A DNA stretch of 64,000 nucleotides from Octopus sinensis (GCF_006345805.1 NC_043014.1:7998001-8062000), one strand, 5' to 3'. Shown: positions 28,914 through 41,972, counted from the stretch's first letter. The notes: generated by a model from the letters alone, not told the origin. Numbers and translations are program-made.

Positions 28914-30148
28914 TGTTACGGAACGGAGCGGAATCGCCCGTCGTCGCTCGTCCCGAACGGCTCGCACACTAGTTCCGCCACGGAACCCAAAGAGGCGGAG
29001 AGAGGAGATAAGATACAGATGATACAACAACAACCACAACCTCAGCAGCACAGAGATACAGAGGCACAACCCGAGATACAACCCAAAGAGGCACAGAGGC
29101 AACAGAGACACTGGCTTATATTCACAACTACTAGTTTATATGACATTACATTGCTACACATCAAATACATTTAGGCAAACAACAATCATCATACATCATA
29201 CGGTATACCACAGATCAATGCATTTAACAACATCATGTAACAATATATCAGTCCGGAGACACAACAAGTCATATACAGTATTTCAAAGGTACACGTCCGA
29301 AGACACAGTTCTCTAAAGTCTCTTTTTCTACACATCACAGATAGCGTCACATCGACAGTCCTTCTTTTTCTCTCTTCTTTTCTCTTTCTTTTCTTTTACA
29401 GTCTCTTTACCTCGTGACACATATCAATACACAATCAATACAATTAAATACCTTATTCCTAATTGAATCTGCCAGTGTCCCATTCCTCTCAATACTGCTA
29501 ATTCCTCTGTACAATATTCCCTCTGCGCCGCCAAGCTTTCTCGCATCCAGCTTGCTCCTTAAATCCCAAGATCCCTGCTGGTCTGTCCAAGATCCGTCTG
29601 TGTTCTTCCACGACCGCTCCACGACTGCCCAGATTCGTCCTTCCTGACGACCAACTCCCAACTGCCTTCTTCGAGGACCGCTCACCGACTGCCCAGAACC
29701 TCACTTCCTTGTCCTGACTTCCACTCCCTCATCTCCCTCTGTCTATATCGCTCCTACCCTTTCTAACTGCTCTCTGATTCCTTACTCTATCTATATCGCC
29801 TCAATCCCTTAGCCTCTCTATCTGTCCCTTACTGCTTATCCTTTCTATTTGCCCTCTGCTCTTACTCTATCGCTATCGCCTGCCAGACTCTTAGCCTCTC
29901 CATCCGTCCCTTACTGCTTATACTCTATCTCTATTTGCTCTCAGCCCTTAATCTGTCCCTTTTCTTTCACATTCTCCTGACCCTCTTCTCAGCCGCACGA
30001 GGTCACAGGTCATTCCAAAACCCATTAGTCCTCCATTAGACAAAAGACTGTCACATTTTCACCAGACATACTGGAACCATATCCACGATGTGGGTCACCA
30101 GAAACACTACACTAATTAAACCCGAAATGCACTTAGCCAACCGTAACA
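28914..30148. mobile_element. Solo LTR, 1235 bp, probably Gypsy-type
   Basis: TG...CA ends, 8-bp terminal inverted repeat TGTTACGG/CCGTAACA, 4-bp TSD GTAT (28910-28913 and 30149-30152), internal short direct repeats, no coding motifs. Confidence 0.8.
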
Positions 30149-30417
30149 GTATATTAACCGGTGTTGTTCAAACGATGAATAGCCTTCGCGTAAACCATGG
30201 TTCGTTTTGTTCTCTTACTTTATTATCATCTTATAATCATCTCATAATAATGACTTTTATGACTCATATTACTACATCAGTCAATCTAAATGTATATATT
30301 TGTCGTTACCTGTCATAAATAGCCTTTTTCTATTTGCAAGGTGCACTTTCGTTGATTTTTCATATTTTACCCTTACATTTCCACGTGTATTTTATATTTT
30401 CTTTTCGTAACATTTTC

Positions 30418-30467
<50 letters not shown>

Positions 30468-30877
30468 CAAAATTAGAAAATGGAGAAATATATCTAAATC
30501 AATCATCAACTATCAGATAATACCGAATCATATACTTTTAAAAAACACTACACAATAGCAATGAGATTAGACATTAATACAGTACAATATTACAAACAAT
30601 ATGGTGAGATATAACTAAATAAATATAACAAGATATAAAAATACATTTACATTATAATACCACTACCATAGTACCATCCAAGGCAAGTGGATCAAATTTT
30701 TTTTTTTTCACTTTTTTTTTTCAGAAAAGCGACGAAAAATATTTTGAAATTCATAAAATCACTAAAAACTTGCAAAGAAGTTGTAATGTGGGAAAAACTG
30801 CAACAAAGGGAAACAAAAAGAGAGGTAGAAGAAAATGCAAAACCAATTGTAGTATTAGAAGTCGTAGTAAGAGGAGA

Positions 30878-31015
30878 CGAATGAGAAAACATTTGATGTG
30901 GTGGTGGTGGTGGTGGTGGTAGTAGTAGTAGTAGAAGTAGTAGTAAGAGGAGACGAATGAGAAAACATTTGATGTGGTGGTGGTGGTGGTGGTGGTGGTG
31001 GTAGTAGTAGTAGTA

Positions 31016-31058
<43 letters not shown>

Positions 31059-31125
31059 TAGTAGTAGTAGTAGTGGTAGTTGCACAAGCTGTAGCTGCAA
31101 CACCACCACCACCACCACCACCACA
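30878..31125. repeat. (GTG)n/(GTA)n compound repeat with a short tandem duplication
   Basis: gaggagacgaatgagaaaacatttgatgtgg occurs twice. Confidence 0.85.
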
Positions 31126-31216
31126 CCATTAGGGCAACAACAAAGACATGATAATACTTCCATTGTGCCTAGGCATAGACAAAAGCTATAATCCCACAGT
31201 TCTGTGCAGCTCTGTG

Positions 31217-31251
31217 TATAAATAGAGAGAGAATTCAAGGACTTATCACTT
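31217..31251 (+). promoter_or_regulatory. Putative core promoter: TATA box (TATAAATAG, 31217) and Inr (TCACTT, A at 31248)
   Basis: 31-nt TATA-to-Inr spacing. No ATG between 31248 and the aaaATGA at 31362. Confidence 0.6.
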
Positions 31252-31361
31252 CACCCATCATCAGTGATTCCGGTTACTAGAAGTGAGCCCGTAACTCTTC
31301 AATAAGTCTTCGTTGTATCCGAATATTTGCAGCACTTTATCTTCCTGAAAGACAAAGAAAA

Positions 31362-31366
31362 ATGAG
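31362..31366 (+). CDS. Peroxidase-like gene, coding exon 1 (ATG AG|gtaagt)
   Basis: Consensus donor. Phase 2 joins the G of exon 2 to give M-R ahead of the hydrophobic signal. Confidence 0.65.
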
Positions 31367-31524
31367 GTAAGTCATTGCGATAACATTTTATATATGTTCC
31401 TGTTTGTTTTTTTTTATTGCTTTTAGTCATAGGACTGCAACCATCCTGGGACCTAGTTTACGAAAATGAAGTCGGTCATATCGACCCCTGGCAATACTTT
31501 TAGACTGCTTGTGCTTATTTCTAT

Positions 31525-31770
31525 GCTATACACCTGGACGTCGCCAAGTGGACAGTACCGCAATCAAATCTACTGCATCCTATGTCAGCAACTGTGGAAG
31601 AGTTCAGTCCAAGCTGTGAAGACGTTCCCTGGGGCAGACTGTGGATCTGACCATGAACTTCTGGTTGCCAAGATCAAGATGCGATTGTGCAACGTCAAGC
31701 GACCACCCGCTTGTTAGAAATTTGATATAAACAAGATCGGTCCATCATTTGCCGCTGAGATCAGAAAGGA
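31525..31770 (+). mobile_element. RTE/BovB-like endonuclease fragment
   Basis: LYTWTSPSGQYRNQI.CILCQQLWKSSVQAVKTFPGADCGSDHELLVAKIKMRL. Confidence 0.8.
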
Positions 31771-33355
31771 TTGCTCCGATCTGGCCAGCCCCAAAGGAAA
31801 ATCTAAGCCTTCACAAGCTTCACAAGCTGTTTTACCTGTCTCAGGTATGCTTCGTTGCCGTCCAGAGCGCGCGGGAAGTATTGTGTTGATTTCACCGTCA
31901 TCACAGCATGAAATTGTACAGTACATGTTTCTCTGCTGTTTCAACGACAATTTCCTTCACATTCTCCGACTTTGAACACAGACTTGTGTCACTGTGTGTC
32001 ATCTAAAACTTGACGTTTCGAAGGAGCAACACACGTTCCATCAGAAAGAGACTGGAAAGACATACGGACAGATATAGATTAAGTGACCAGGACAAGGGAA
32101 TTTGCGAGATACGCTTCAGTATCGAAATTCTCACACTGAAGCACTCAGTAGTTCCATTACGGGGCAAGGAACTCACCTCTTATCCAGCATATTTAAGGAG
32201 AAAATACCTGTCACGTAAAGGTAGAAAGAGTTCCACCTGCTTTTGACATCTAGTAGCTGTTGGCCTGTGTAAGTTTGTGTAGCAGTGACACACTCAGTGG
32301 AGTGAAATGGTGGGAAGAAGAGTTTTGTTTTGGAGCAACAGTGGAGATCCATCTCTAGATGAAAGCAGAAAACATAAAGAGGACTCCAGATATTATCTAC
32401 AGGCTCGAGGGCATAGAGTTGCTTATTGCAGATGAGTGCAGAAGGCCCTGTTTTCACTCGTTTGGCACAGCAGATCGCTTAGAATTTTTGCCGTCAAAGA
32501 AAAACGGGAGATAGGCTGCCATAGTATCAACTACAACAGCAGCGTACACCAGTTACTATAGCGACAGTTGAGAGAACAAAAATAGCAGCAGCAGCACCCA
32601 CAGAAATAAATAGCAACAGTAAGGCCGGTGACATCAACAACGACGCCAGTAAATACAGAATTTACAGTTCTGCGAATAGAAGTATGGTTGTGCTGCTGAA
32701 AAATGACCAGACTAAGCGGGAACGATTTTAAGAAGCTCAGTCCCATAGCTTTGTAAAATGCAGAGTTAAAGAATTTGGCCAAGATGCTAGCTAAGAGGTT
32801 GGGACTGCTGAGGAAATGTAGTGTTGTGCTTCAAAACGGGTTTATATTTTTGAATGTGATAAAGTGTAGTGTTAAATTATTATCCTGCTTCCAGCTCCAG
32901 TGTTGCTGCCAGGATTTGAAAAATAGGACAGTTTTCTCTCTTTGTTTTGTTATCTGGGGGAATTTTGAAAAACAAGGGGGTATTCGCGCGGCTTTTAGTG
33001 AACAACTTAAAAACACTTTCCGGAAGTGGTTAAAACGCGAACCGAGCAAGTTTATGTATTAATATTCTTTTTATATGATTGTTTCCTTTTATACAATATC
33101 AAAATAATTTCTGAAGCAGCACCCTTTACTAATTTTATCTACAAGCTACCTCTGATCGGCACTACTCTGAAGTAAAAACAACAGGAATAGAAATGAGCCA
33201 GAAATAATAGGACCTCAGTTCGGTACTTGGAGAAGCCCGTGAATACTGTCCGACAGAGTCGTTTGAAGAGCACAGAAATTGGCTTGCGACAGTCCCCCTG
33301 GTGGACAAGGACTGGGAACAAGGGACAAGCGTCAAGGTGGATGGTATTATCTAAA

Positions 33356-33586
33356 GGCGGCGAGCTGGCAGAAACTTTAGCACGCCGGGCGAAATGCTAA
33401 GCGGCATTTCGTCTGCAGCTACGTTCTGAGTTCAAATTCCGCCGAGGTCGACTTTGCCTTTCATCCTTTCGAGGTCGATTAAATAAGTACCAGGTGCGCA
33501 CTGAGGTCGATATAATCGACTTAATCCGTTTGTCTGTCCTTGTTTGTCCCCTCTGTGTGTAGCCCCTTGTGGGTCGTAAAGAAATA
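33356..33586 (+). mobile_element. Full-length SINE family A with a 13-bp TSD
   Basis: TSD ggtattatctaaa at 33343-33355 and 33587-33599. Confidence 0.9.
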
Positions 33587-34187
33587 GGTATTATCTAAAG
33601 ATGGGCTAAAAGGACGGTCATTTGCTCCCAACGTTCGCTGCTTGGAGGACTGGGCAAGCCGTGGATGAGGTCGTCCCGACATTGATGGTGTGAAAGTCTG
33701 GCCACCATTTGTCAGACATGCTTTTCCACAGCTCATCTCTTTAACAAAACTGCACTCCTGATTCATCCGTAGATGGAGGCAGAGTTCCTGGCATCGAAGA
33801 TTCCATCAGGCACCCTCATCCCTCTGCCAATTAGGAAACGTTCTTGCCTGACGTTCCAGCATGGATTTCACGGAGGAACATCACGGGGATGCTAGAGGGT
33901 TAGTATTAGGTAACAGCGACGACGTCCCTTGGGAAAGCTCTCGGTTTGATGAAAATCAAAGCAGCTGATTTTTCTGGAGAACTTTCGTGCCGGATCCCAT
34001 GGATAATTTTCAGAAATTCCTGATCTCCAAGCAGTAGGAGAGTTGCTGGGTCGGATAAACTCTATAGGCATGGTAGAGCCGTTTTCTGCACCTTTTCCGT
34101 ACTTCATACATTTGTATAATGCTCGAGCATTGTTGATTCGTGGTGTGTTGCCAGACAGCGACTCTCTCGTGCTGGACTCCATCATAC

Positions 34188-34942
34188 CTCTTTCTTTTCA
34201 CCTAACGGGCTAAAACCGAGGGGACAACAAGGACAGACAACGGATTAGTCGATTACATCGACCCCGTGCGTACTGGTACTTAATTTATCGACCCAAGGAT
34301 GAAAGGCAAAGTCGACCTCGGCGGAATTTGAACTCATAACGTCGGCAGACGAAATACCTATTTCTTTACTACCTACAAGGGGCTAAACACAGAGAGGACA
34401 ACAAGGACAGACAAGGGATTAAGTCGATTACATCGACCCCAGTGCGTAACTGGTACTTAATTTATCGACCCCGAAAGGATGAAAGGCAAGTCGACTGGCG
34501 GAATTTGAACTCATAACGTAGCGGCAGACGAAATACTATTCTTACACCTACAAGGGGCTAAACACAGAGAGGACAAACAAGGACAGACAAGGGATTAAGT
34601 CGATTACATCGACCCCAGTGCGTAACTGGACTTAATTATCGACCCCGAAAGGATGAAAGGCAAGTCGACCTCGGCGGAATTTGAACTCATAACGTAGCGG
34701 CAGACGAAATACCTATTCTTTACTACCTACAAGGGGCTAAACACAGAGAGGACAAACAAGGACAGACAAGGGATTAAGTCGATTACATCGACCCCAGTGC
34801 GTAACTGGTACTTAATTTATCGACCCCGAAAGGATGAAAGGCAAAGTCGACCTCGGCGGAATTTGAACTCGGAACGTAACGACAGACGAAATACGGCTAC
34901 GCATTTCGCCCGGCGCGCTAACGATTCTGCCAGCTCGCCGCC
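34188..34942 (-). mobile_element. Head-to-tail tetramer of SINE family A (one head plus three headless ~180-bp units)
   Basis: Junction gacgaaatac(c)tatt at about 34351, 34530 and 34706. Confidence 0.88.
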
Positions 34943-35545
34943 ATCATATAGATTGCCTCGATACTGTCCATTGGATGAGAAGAGATGGTAATTTTCTTTT
35001 GTGGTGAAAGCTTTTTTGTGGTGGACACTTCCCTCTTCCATCAAGTCCTCATCGACTATTTCAAATTCTGTTTGAAAAGGAAGTGTAGCGTTGATTGGGA
35101 GGAGGCCTCACAGTCATTATAAAGATGAGTGGATGTGGTGAGGATGTGATCTGAGTGAGAGGGCCTTTTTACAGCTGGCATTTGTGGGCTGACGGATATG
35201 GAAGCGAGAGGAGCACTATCTATGGTACTCCAGATGAGTAGAGTAGCTCGGAGTTTGAGGGGTTTCTTCGTCGCCCCTAGATGGGTTTTCCTCTCTATTG
35301 TGGATTTTTTGTTATTTCTCATTGTTTTTTTAAATTTTTTGCACGTGTTTTCTATTGTCCTTTACTATTGTATTATCTTAAATGTTTTTGCCACTCTCGT
35401 TGTTAATAAAAATAGCATGACAGTTATTATTTCTTTTTAGAAGTTTTATTATTATTATTATTGTTGTTGTTGTTGTTGTGTTAGTATTATTATTATTATG
35501 TTTTTTGCTTCTTTCTGCAAATTTTCTTCCGTTTCTCGCCGAGTG

Positions 35546-35564
35546 TTTTCCATACACCTAGGGC

Positions 35565-35638
<74 letters not shown>

Positions 35639-35834
35639 CATTATTATTATCGTTATTATTATTATTATTATTTTATTATTATTATTGTTATTAATATTAC
35701 CATCATATTATTATTATTATTATTATATATTATTATTATTATTATTATTATATTATTATTATTATTATTATATTATTATTATATTATTATTATATATTAT
35801 TATTATTAATAATAATAATAATATAATAATAATA

Positions 35835-35875
<41 letters not shown>

Positions 35876-35890
35876 GTAATAATAATATTA
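35546..35890. repeat. (TAT)n switching to (AAT)n
   Basis: Strand switch near 35808. Confidence 0.9.
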
Positions 35891-36570
35891 AGGTAGAGAC
35901 CTGATAGAATCGTTAGCTCGCCAGTCGAAATACTTATTGAGATTTCGTCCATCTTTACGCTCTGAGTTTAAATGCCACCGATGTTGAATTTGGATTTAAT
36001 CGTTTCGGAGTCTATAAAATAAGTACCAGCGAACGCTAGAATCGATGCAATCGACTTACCCCCCACCCAAGAAATTATTGGCTTTGTATCCAAATCTGAA
36101 ATCATTATAAAATCGGCGCGCTGACAGAATCGATAGCACGCCCGACATAGTGCTTAGCGGCATTTTCCCCGGTTTTATGTTCTGAGTTCTAATTCCAACA
36201 AGGTTGACTATGATTTTCATCCTGTCTGGGGGCCAGTAAAATCTGAACTCAGAGCGTAAAGAGCTGGAAAACAGATGCCGTAAAGCTGTTTGCCCGATGG
36301 GTTGACTATTCTGCAAGGCCACCATCATAAAACTAAGTAATATTAAGATCGTTAAATGTCGATTTTTGTCACAGTTATTCATAGTAGAAGACACACAAGG
36401 TGCCACACAGTGGGACTGAACCCGAAACTAAGTGATTAGAAAGCATTTTTTTTTAACCACACAGCCATTAGTAACATTTTTCAGTGAATGTTAGCATGAT
36501 ATATATGTTTTTACGAGGGGTATTAGCAACATCTGGAAAATCCAAATTATCTTGCAGTTTTCATTAACAC

Positions 36571-36812
36571 GTGGAGGCACGTGGCTTAGTGGTTAGGGTG
36601 TCAGCATCATGATCGTAAGATTGTGGCTTCGATTCCTGGACCGGGCGACGCGTTGTGTTCTTGAGCAAAACACTTCATTTCACGTTGCTCCAGTCCACCC
36701 AGCTGACAAAAATGAGCAACGTTGCGACGGACTGGCGTCCTATCCAGGTGGGGAACACATACGCCATAGAAACCGGGAAACCGGGCCCATGAGCCTGGCT
36801 AGGCTTTAAAGG
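36571..36812 (+). mobile_element. tRNA-derived SINE family C (head gtggaggc.cgtggcttagtggttaggg)
   Basis: A/B boxes and a ttgtgttcttgagcaaaacactt core. Inverted near-identical copy at 59525-59764. Confidence 0.8.
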
Positions 36813-36866
36813 GACGGGAAAAAAATTCATATTATATCCTTTCTCAATTCATTTTCTTTTTTCTAG

Positions 36867-36913
36867 GTTGTTTGTTGCATTGATATTGACTGGTATAGTT
36901 GCCATTATTCAAG
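36867..36913 (+). CDS. Peroxidase-like gene exon 2 (signal peptide LFVALILTGIVAIIQ)
   Basis: ttttttctag|G...CAAG|gtaagt, 47 nt, paralogous to 22465-22511. Confidence 0.85.
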
Positions 36914-37154
36914 GTAAGTAATATTCCATGCAGTAAAATTTTGCTCAGTTGTTAACTTAAATTTTTGATTCGTAACTAACTATGGTTATCCAGTTTTAAA
37001 CGCACAGAGAGTACTCGAAAACTTGGGGATTAATACTCTGTATAAGTCTTTTCAGAGAGAAGGAAATATATATGTGCATATATATGCATACATACATGTG
37101 CGCGTGTATGTATGCAGGGATGACTATATGTATTTCTGTATATGTGTATGTACG

Positions 37155-37219
<65 letters not shown>

Positions 37220-37251
37220 GTATGTATATCTATAAGTATGTAAATATATAT

Positions 37252-37295
<44 letters not shown>

Positions 37296-37452
37296 TGTGT
37301 GGATATATATATATGAATGTATATATATATATGTATATATATATTATATATATATATATATATGTATGAATGTATATATATATATATGTATGTAAATATA
37401 TATATATGTATATGTATATATATATATGTGTGTGTGTGTGTATATATATATA

Positions 37453-37484
<32 letters not shown>

Positions 37485-37866
37485 TGTGTGTGTGTGTATA
37501 CATATATGTGTGTGTGTGTGTGTATGTATACAGAGAAAGAGAATAGAGGGAGGTAGATAGAGAGACAGACAGACAGAGGTGGAGTGAGTCAAGAAATGAG
37601 ATCCAGCTATGGTCAATATAGAAAACACTTAGAAGTCCTCTAATGATTTGAACTTACATTCCAAAGTCTTTACCGATGACTAAGTCTGCTGTGTAAAGTG
37701 CAGCTATAAGAGGAATCCAGGTACGCAGACATGCAGGTCATGATGCAAATAAACAAATAAAACTGCTTTGGTTAGATATACAAAATATGCACACATGTAT
37801 ACATGTAAGTAGAGAAAAAGGAACGATTAAAAGATTTCAGACGACGAATATTCAAGTATGAATATA

Positions 37867-37898
<32 letters not shown>

Positions 37899-38240
37899 CA
37901 TATATATATATATACCAACTGAGCAAGCTTACAAAGTACAAAGACACAGAAAATTAGAGGGAAGAAGGTATGGAGTTACAGACAACTGTTTCTGGGGGCT
38001 TCATAATGTTAGCAGTTTAGTTCACAAATATAAGCAGCTAGTAGTAGAAGCATATAAATATTGGGTAGATCCGGCCTCCGTCTTCGGGGTGGAGAGATAG
38101 AACTCTTAAATTAGCTTTCTCTCTATTTTCATGTATACATGTATATTTTGTATATATATATAAACCGAGCAAATTTATTTGTTTATTTGGGTCATTATCT
38201 CTCTCTCCCATCTCTCACTCTCTCTAAATATATATATATA

Positions 38241-38405
38241 GGCGCAGGAGTGGCTGTGTGGTAAGTAGCTTGTTTACCAACCACATGGTTCCGGGTTCAG
38301 TCCCACTGCGTGGCACCTTGGGCAAGTGTCTTCTACTATAGCCTCGGGCCGACCAAAGCCTTGTGAGTGGATTTGGTAGACGGAAACTGAAAGAAGCCCG
38401 TCGTA

Positions 38406-38465
<60 letters not shown>

Positions 38466-38680
38466 TGTGTGTGTGTTTGTGTGTCTGTGTTTGTCCCCCT
38501 AGCATTGTTTGACAACCGATGCTGGTGTGTTTATGTCCCGTTAATTAGCGGTTCGGCAAAAGAGACCGATAGAATAAGTACTGGGCTTACAAAAGAATAA
38601 GTCCCGGCGTCGAGTTGCTCGATTAAAGGCGGTGCTCCAGCATGGCCGCAGTCAAATGACTGAAACAAGTAAAAGAGTAG
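38241..38680 (+). mobile_element. SINE family B, full length
   Basis: Head ggcgcaggagtggctgtgtgg through tail gaaacaagtaaaagagta. Confidence 0.88.
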
Positions 38681-38712
38681 ATAGATAGATATGGGGGGGG
38701 ACACATAGACAG

Positions 38713-38799
<87 letters not shown>

Positions 38800-38852
38800 A
38801 AGTATGCATGATTAAAGATATATGTGTGTGGTTATATATATATGTGTGTGGT

Positions 38853-38891
<39 letters not shown>

Positions 38892-39107
38892 TGTGTGTGC
38901 GTGTGTGCGTGTGTTTGTGTACACAGAGAGAGATAGAGCGAGGAAGAAAAAGAATGTAGAGAGAGGGGGTAATTTTGAGGTATATATATATTTAACGAGA
39001 GGATATAAAATCACTATTTTAGAAAATTCAACTGAATTAACTAAGTACTATTATAATGATTTGAAATGCTCTATATGTGTTTTTTATTGTACATATTTAC
39101 TTTTTAA

Positions 39108-39633
39108 CCTTTAAACGGCAGGAAAAGTTTACATGGATAAGTGTACCAAATGGGCAAAATACAAAAAATTCTTTTTTTATAATTGTAATTTCTTATACTT
39201 ATTTTCATTTTAAATACGTACAAAAACTAGGAAAATGATATTTTAACTCTCTTGGCTAATAGAATATCGACAAAATATCAATAAAATTATTTGAGCATAA
39301 GCTCATTAAAATTTTCTTCATTGTTACTGACAAATGAATGTACGAATGGAGAAAATTCGGTTCAGTTTCTCCAACCAGAGCTAGCTGAAACATCAGTTTC
39401 TTCTCTGATCTCTAGAGTATCATCAGCATCATCATCATCATCATCATTTGATGTAGGAAAAACAGAACAAAACGCTGTATAAATATTCTGCTTGCGACAA
39501 GATTTCTCTCATCGATGAGAAGAACTTACGCTTAAGCGCATTTGACGAAGTAGACATTTGGATGGCAAGTATTTACGGACGTATCCATGTAAAATTTCAA
39601 AAGCATCAGTTGATGACGTCAGCCGTTTAAGGG
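39108..39633 (-). mobile_element. Internally deleted piggyBac element
   Basis: TTAA on both flanks (39104-39107, 39634-39637). Termini CCTTTAAACGGC and GCCGTTTAAGGG. The minus strand encodes an acidic DDDDDDADDTLEIREE stretch like piggyBac transposase N-termini. Confidence 0.75.
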
Positions 39634-39723
39634 TTAAGAAACTTAAATTTTACGAAATAACAATTATATAATAACAACGCTTATATTTTTCTTTTCATTC
39701 GTTCATTTCGACTGGCATTGCAG

Positions 39724-39739
39724 ATTGCCTTGGACAAAA
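39724..39739 (+). CDS. Peroxidase-like gene exon 3 (16-nt micro-exon, DCLGQ)
   Basis: ttgcag|ATTGCCTTGGACAAAA|gtaagt, phase 1 to 2. Flanks are homologous to those of 22905-22923. Confidence 0.8.
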
Positions 39740-40563
39740 GTAAGTAGATTTATGCTAAAACTTCAATATTTATGGTTTGGCAAGTGTCCATAAGAATTCT
39801 ATAACGTGACTTAAGTGAAATGTTTTACATAAAATATTTGCTAAACCTGCGATGCCATATAGTTATACATTTGTATACCGACAATATTGTGTGGATGCTA
39901 AAGGACAAGTATGTCATCTGAATTAAATAGAATGGTCTAACGTAACAGGTTTTCTTAAAATCAGGGCTGACCTTGCACCTAAATTCCTCAAAAAGGTTAA
40001 ATCGTCTAGGTTGGAACACTTTTGCTCATATCTTTTCTGAAGCATTCTCAATCAATGCATTGAATTTTCTTTAAATATTAGAGGCAACGCTGGTAAAATT
40101 TAATCATACTTTTGAGAGACAATTGCACTGTGATAAATAATTTGCAAAATTTTTTGCTGTTTCGGTTCCTGAGCTGAGAACTTCTGATACGGAATATTCT
40201 CAATATCTGACAAGAATTCTAATACATTTCCTGTTTTCTTCTGTTTCTTCTGTATATAATTTGGAGTAACAATTTCGAGACTTTTTCATGGTTGTTTAGC
40301 ACACCTTTCATGTAGGTATCAAACAGCAGATGCATAGTGATCAAAGATGGTCCCAGTTGTTAAAGTATCATTCCCTTCAGCTGACCTGTCAGATATCAAT
40401 GTTGCGAGCGCTAAATCAACAAGATACTTCCAGAGAGTCGCCATCACTCTCGAGTCCTTCGCAGTAAATCTCAATGTGCGTGTGAATATGTAATTGGGAA
40501 TCTTTTCAATATCTGAACAGGTCAGCAGTAACAAAATCAACAACAACAACAACAACAACAACA

Positions 40564-40600
<37 letters not shown>

Positions 40601-40895
40601 ATATATGCTTGGGAGGTGAGTGTGAAACCGCGTGGCTTAGTATTTTGATTGTTGTAAGTTCGCCATTTTGGTTCTCAGATCGGCGGTGCGTTGTGTTCTT
40701 CAGCAGAACACTTCATTTCACTTCATTTAACTTGTCCCAGCCCATTCAGGCGTTAAAGGGATAAGCAAATGACGGACTGGCGTTCCATTAAGGCATAGCC
40801 TTGTGACCTGCCCACCTAACTAGCGCCGAAGCGTCATTTGAAAGCTACAACGTAAGCAAACGCTTTGGAATTATCACTGTATAACAACATCCGAT

Positions 40896-40942
<47 letters not shown>

Positions 40943-40985
40943 CAATGATAAATATCAAAGTGAGTATATACAGTAGCGGTAACAC

Positions 40986-41131
40986 ATCGTGACGTATTTT
41001 TGCCATTTCAATATGGCTAACCCCTAAGGGTGGATGCTAGCTGGAGGAGTGTGTCCTCCTGGGGCTAAAAACTACAGTAGCATCCACCCTTAGGGGTTAG
41101 CCATATTGAAATGGCAAAAATACGTCACGAT
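40986..41131. repeat. MITE-like foldback with about 55-bp perfect arms in TA context
   Basis: atcgtgacgtatttttgccatttcaatatggctaacccctaagggtggatgcta ... tagcatccacccttaggggttagccatattgaaatggcaaaaatacgtcacgat. Confidence 0.8.
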
Positions 41132-41474
41132 ATATATAATATATATATATATATATAGCCACTTCACACAGTTTTTTCTCCCCTTGTTTTTTCTGTGTCC
41201 CTTTCTGTAGAAGAGCGTAGGCTCGAAACGTAAAATTCTTTTTCTATTCCTGAGCGTTATACTAATACATCTATTTGTTTTGTACACCACCTGTCTTCGT
41301 CTTTTGTTTTTTTCGTAAATTCTCCCTATATATATGCGCATACGTATATGTTGTGGATGGGTAAAAGAAAGTGAGGGTTTGCAAGAGTGAATAATGAGTA
41401 ATTGTTTTACTGATACACACGTATATGCAGTACCTTACACGTAGATCTTTTCTACGCCGAGTACTACATTACAC

Positions 41475-41972
41475 ATGTAATGACATGCATAAGATCTGGT
41501 CATCAAATCTAAGTAGAGACTTCAAACTTGAAATATTCAAAGCCACAGTCGAACCAATTCTACTATATGGCTCAGAAACATGGACGTTATCAAAGAAGCT
41601 TGAGAGGCGGTTGGATAGAACCTACACTCGCCTCCTTATGAGAGCTCAAAATCTCTCGTGGAAGCGTCATCCAACCAAAATGCAAATATATGATAAACTA
41701 CCACCTGTGTCATCTCTTGTGAAAGGAAGGAGAGTCCAGTTTGCTGGCAATTGTTGTAGAGCTGAAAAAGAGGTAATTTCTACTCTCCTCCTCTGGAAGC
41801 CATCTACTTGCAATGCCAGAGGGCGCACACTCTCCTACCCTGATGTAATCTCCAGGGATACAGGCATCCAGCAACAGGACCTCCGTAATGCCATGATGGA
41901 CCGTGAAGTCTGGTGTAGCATGGTAAATTCCATTGTCTCGACCACGGTCGAACAATGATGATGATGATGACA
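41475..41972 (+). mobile_element. RTE-clade LINE 3' end with (TGA)n tail
   Basis: VEPILLYGSETWTLSKK, LDRTYTRLL, RRVQFAG. Near-identical copy at 62470-62762. Confidence 0.88.

Noticed and set aside
33356-33440. tRNA genes at SINE heads
   Set aside because: A/B boxes are present but I see no complete cloverleaf, and each head runs into a SINE body with a TSD.
34188-34942. CRISPR-like regular repeat array
   Set aside because: The units are whole ~180-bp SINE bodies with no unique spacers, the context is eukaryotic and there are no cas genes.
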